Shown here: piece by piece, positions 63,390 through 64,000 of the stretch
Position numbering within the stretch: position 1 is the stretch's first letter
Layout of the letters: each line of letters begins with the position of its first letter
Assembly (NCBI GenBank): GCA_026770705.1
Contig: JANJGN010000151.1
Span: 124,001-188,000, forward strand
Length of the DNA stretch: 64,000 nucleotides
Origin: Isurus oxyrinchus
Lineage: Eukaryota
Direction of reading: 5' to 3'
Program-made: the position numbers and the translations under genes
The notes under the pieces: model-generated
The model's database searches: none
Seen by the model: the letters and a program-made list of their open reading frames with translations, nothing else
Told to the model about the DNA's origin: nothing

Positions 63390-63580
63390 TGGTTGGCATT
63401 GTTTGGGTCAGCAGTTCAGTGGGGCGGGGCTCAGTATTTCTGCTCTGACAGAGGATTTCTCGGGCTGCAGCATTCAGAGAGAAGAACCATCCTGCGTAAC
63501 CATTTCAGTCCGCTCCTCATCATTAGATCACTTCTCAATATGTATGTCCTTCTTCGTGAAACTCCATTCATTCCATTCTG
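63390..63580 (+). pseudogene. Family-B promoter and dead leader; V exon absent
   Basis: (CTG)RNHFSPLLIIRSLL with mutated donor; promoter homologous to 8950-9010, 10290-10350 and 62030-62090. Confidence 0.75.
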
Positions 63581-64000
63581 GGAATCCCTGTCTGTTGAGG
63601 GTTGTATCGAGTCTCGGGCAGGTACAGCCACAATGTTCAGCGGCGCAGTCAGTCGCTTAGACACAAACCGAAAGAAAACCACATTAACCTCGGATCAAAC
63701 TGTCACCAACTGTTTTCAGGAGCGGCCAACAGAACAAACTGCAGAGTCCATTCGACCGGCATATCATCACAGAATCAGATTTGGACTTACCTCTTCTAAT
63801 CCCCACCCTCAATAGATTGTTGCTATGTCTCAGGTAGCTTTCATCTCACTTCCTTCTGTCTCCATGGGTCTGTGAGATCCTTCGGTGGTCAGCTGCACTT
63901 TTCGAGACAGGTGTGGGTGGAATTAAACTTTGCTCTGTTCATTATCACCAGAAAGCTCGGGATTTTAATAGCGACAGAAAAGCTTCCAGCATTAAGGGAA

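Noticed and set aside
1-64000. NAR-TCR, IgH-type V, D segments or constant exons
   Set aside because: No V showed IgH/NAR hallmarks, and no paired-RSS D or C1 exon was found by eye; alpha versus delta assignment needs phylogeny

Overview
This is eukaryotic DNA from a cartilaginous fish (shark), as shown by HE1-type SINEs, HER1-type LINE tails and Penelope elements. The window is part of a T-cell receptor variable-gene array, most likely TCR alpha/delta. I find about 25 leader+V units or remnants in both orientations, mostly with 23-bp-spacer RSSs. Five look intact: leaders at 10395, 13619, 18802, 62130 (+) and 52224 (-). The rest are pseudogenes produced by cassette duplication. An intact two-exon GPR139/GPR142-like GPCR lies within the array, and a solo LTR inserted into its ancestral stop codon. 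The most unusual signals are: (1) a multi-copy V family with Tyr instead of Cys23 and Leu instead of Trp41, one member intact with a near-consensus RSS; (2) a second, pseudogenised family lacking both cysteines; (3) CTCF-like motifs about 20-25 bp downstream of the RSS in one family; (4) a duplicated element that reads as a decayed J segment with a 12-RSS; (5) Penelope insertions with 13-14 bp TSDs, inverted ends and hammerhead cores. No C exons or convincing D segments were seen. Family letters A-F are my own labels. Coordinates were counted by eye.
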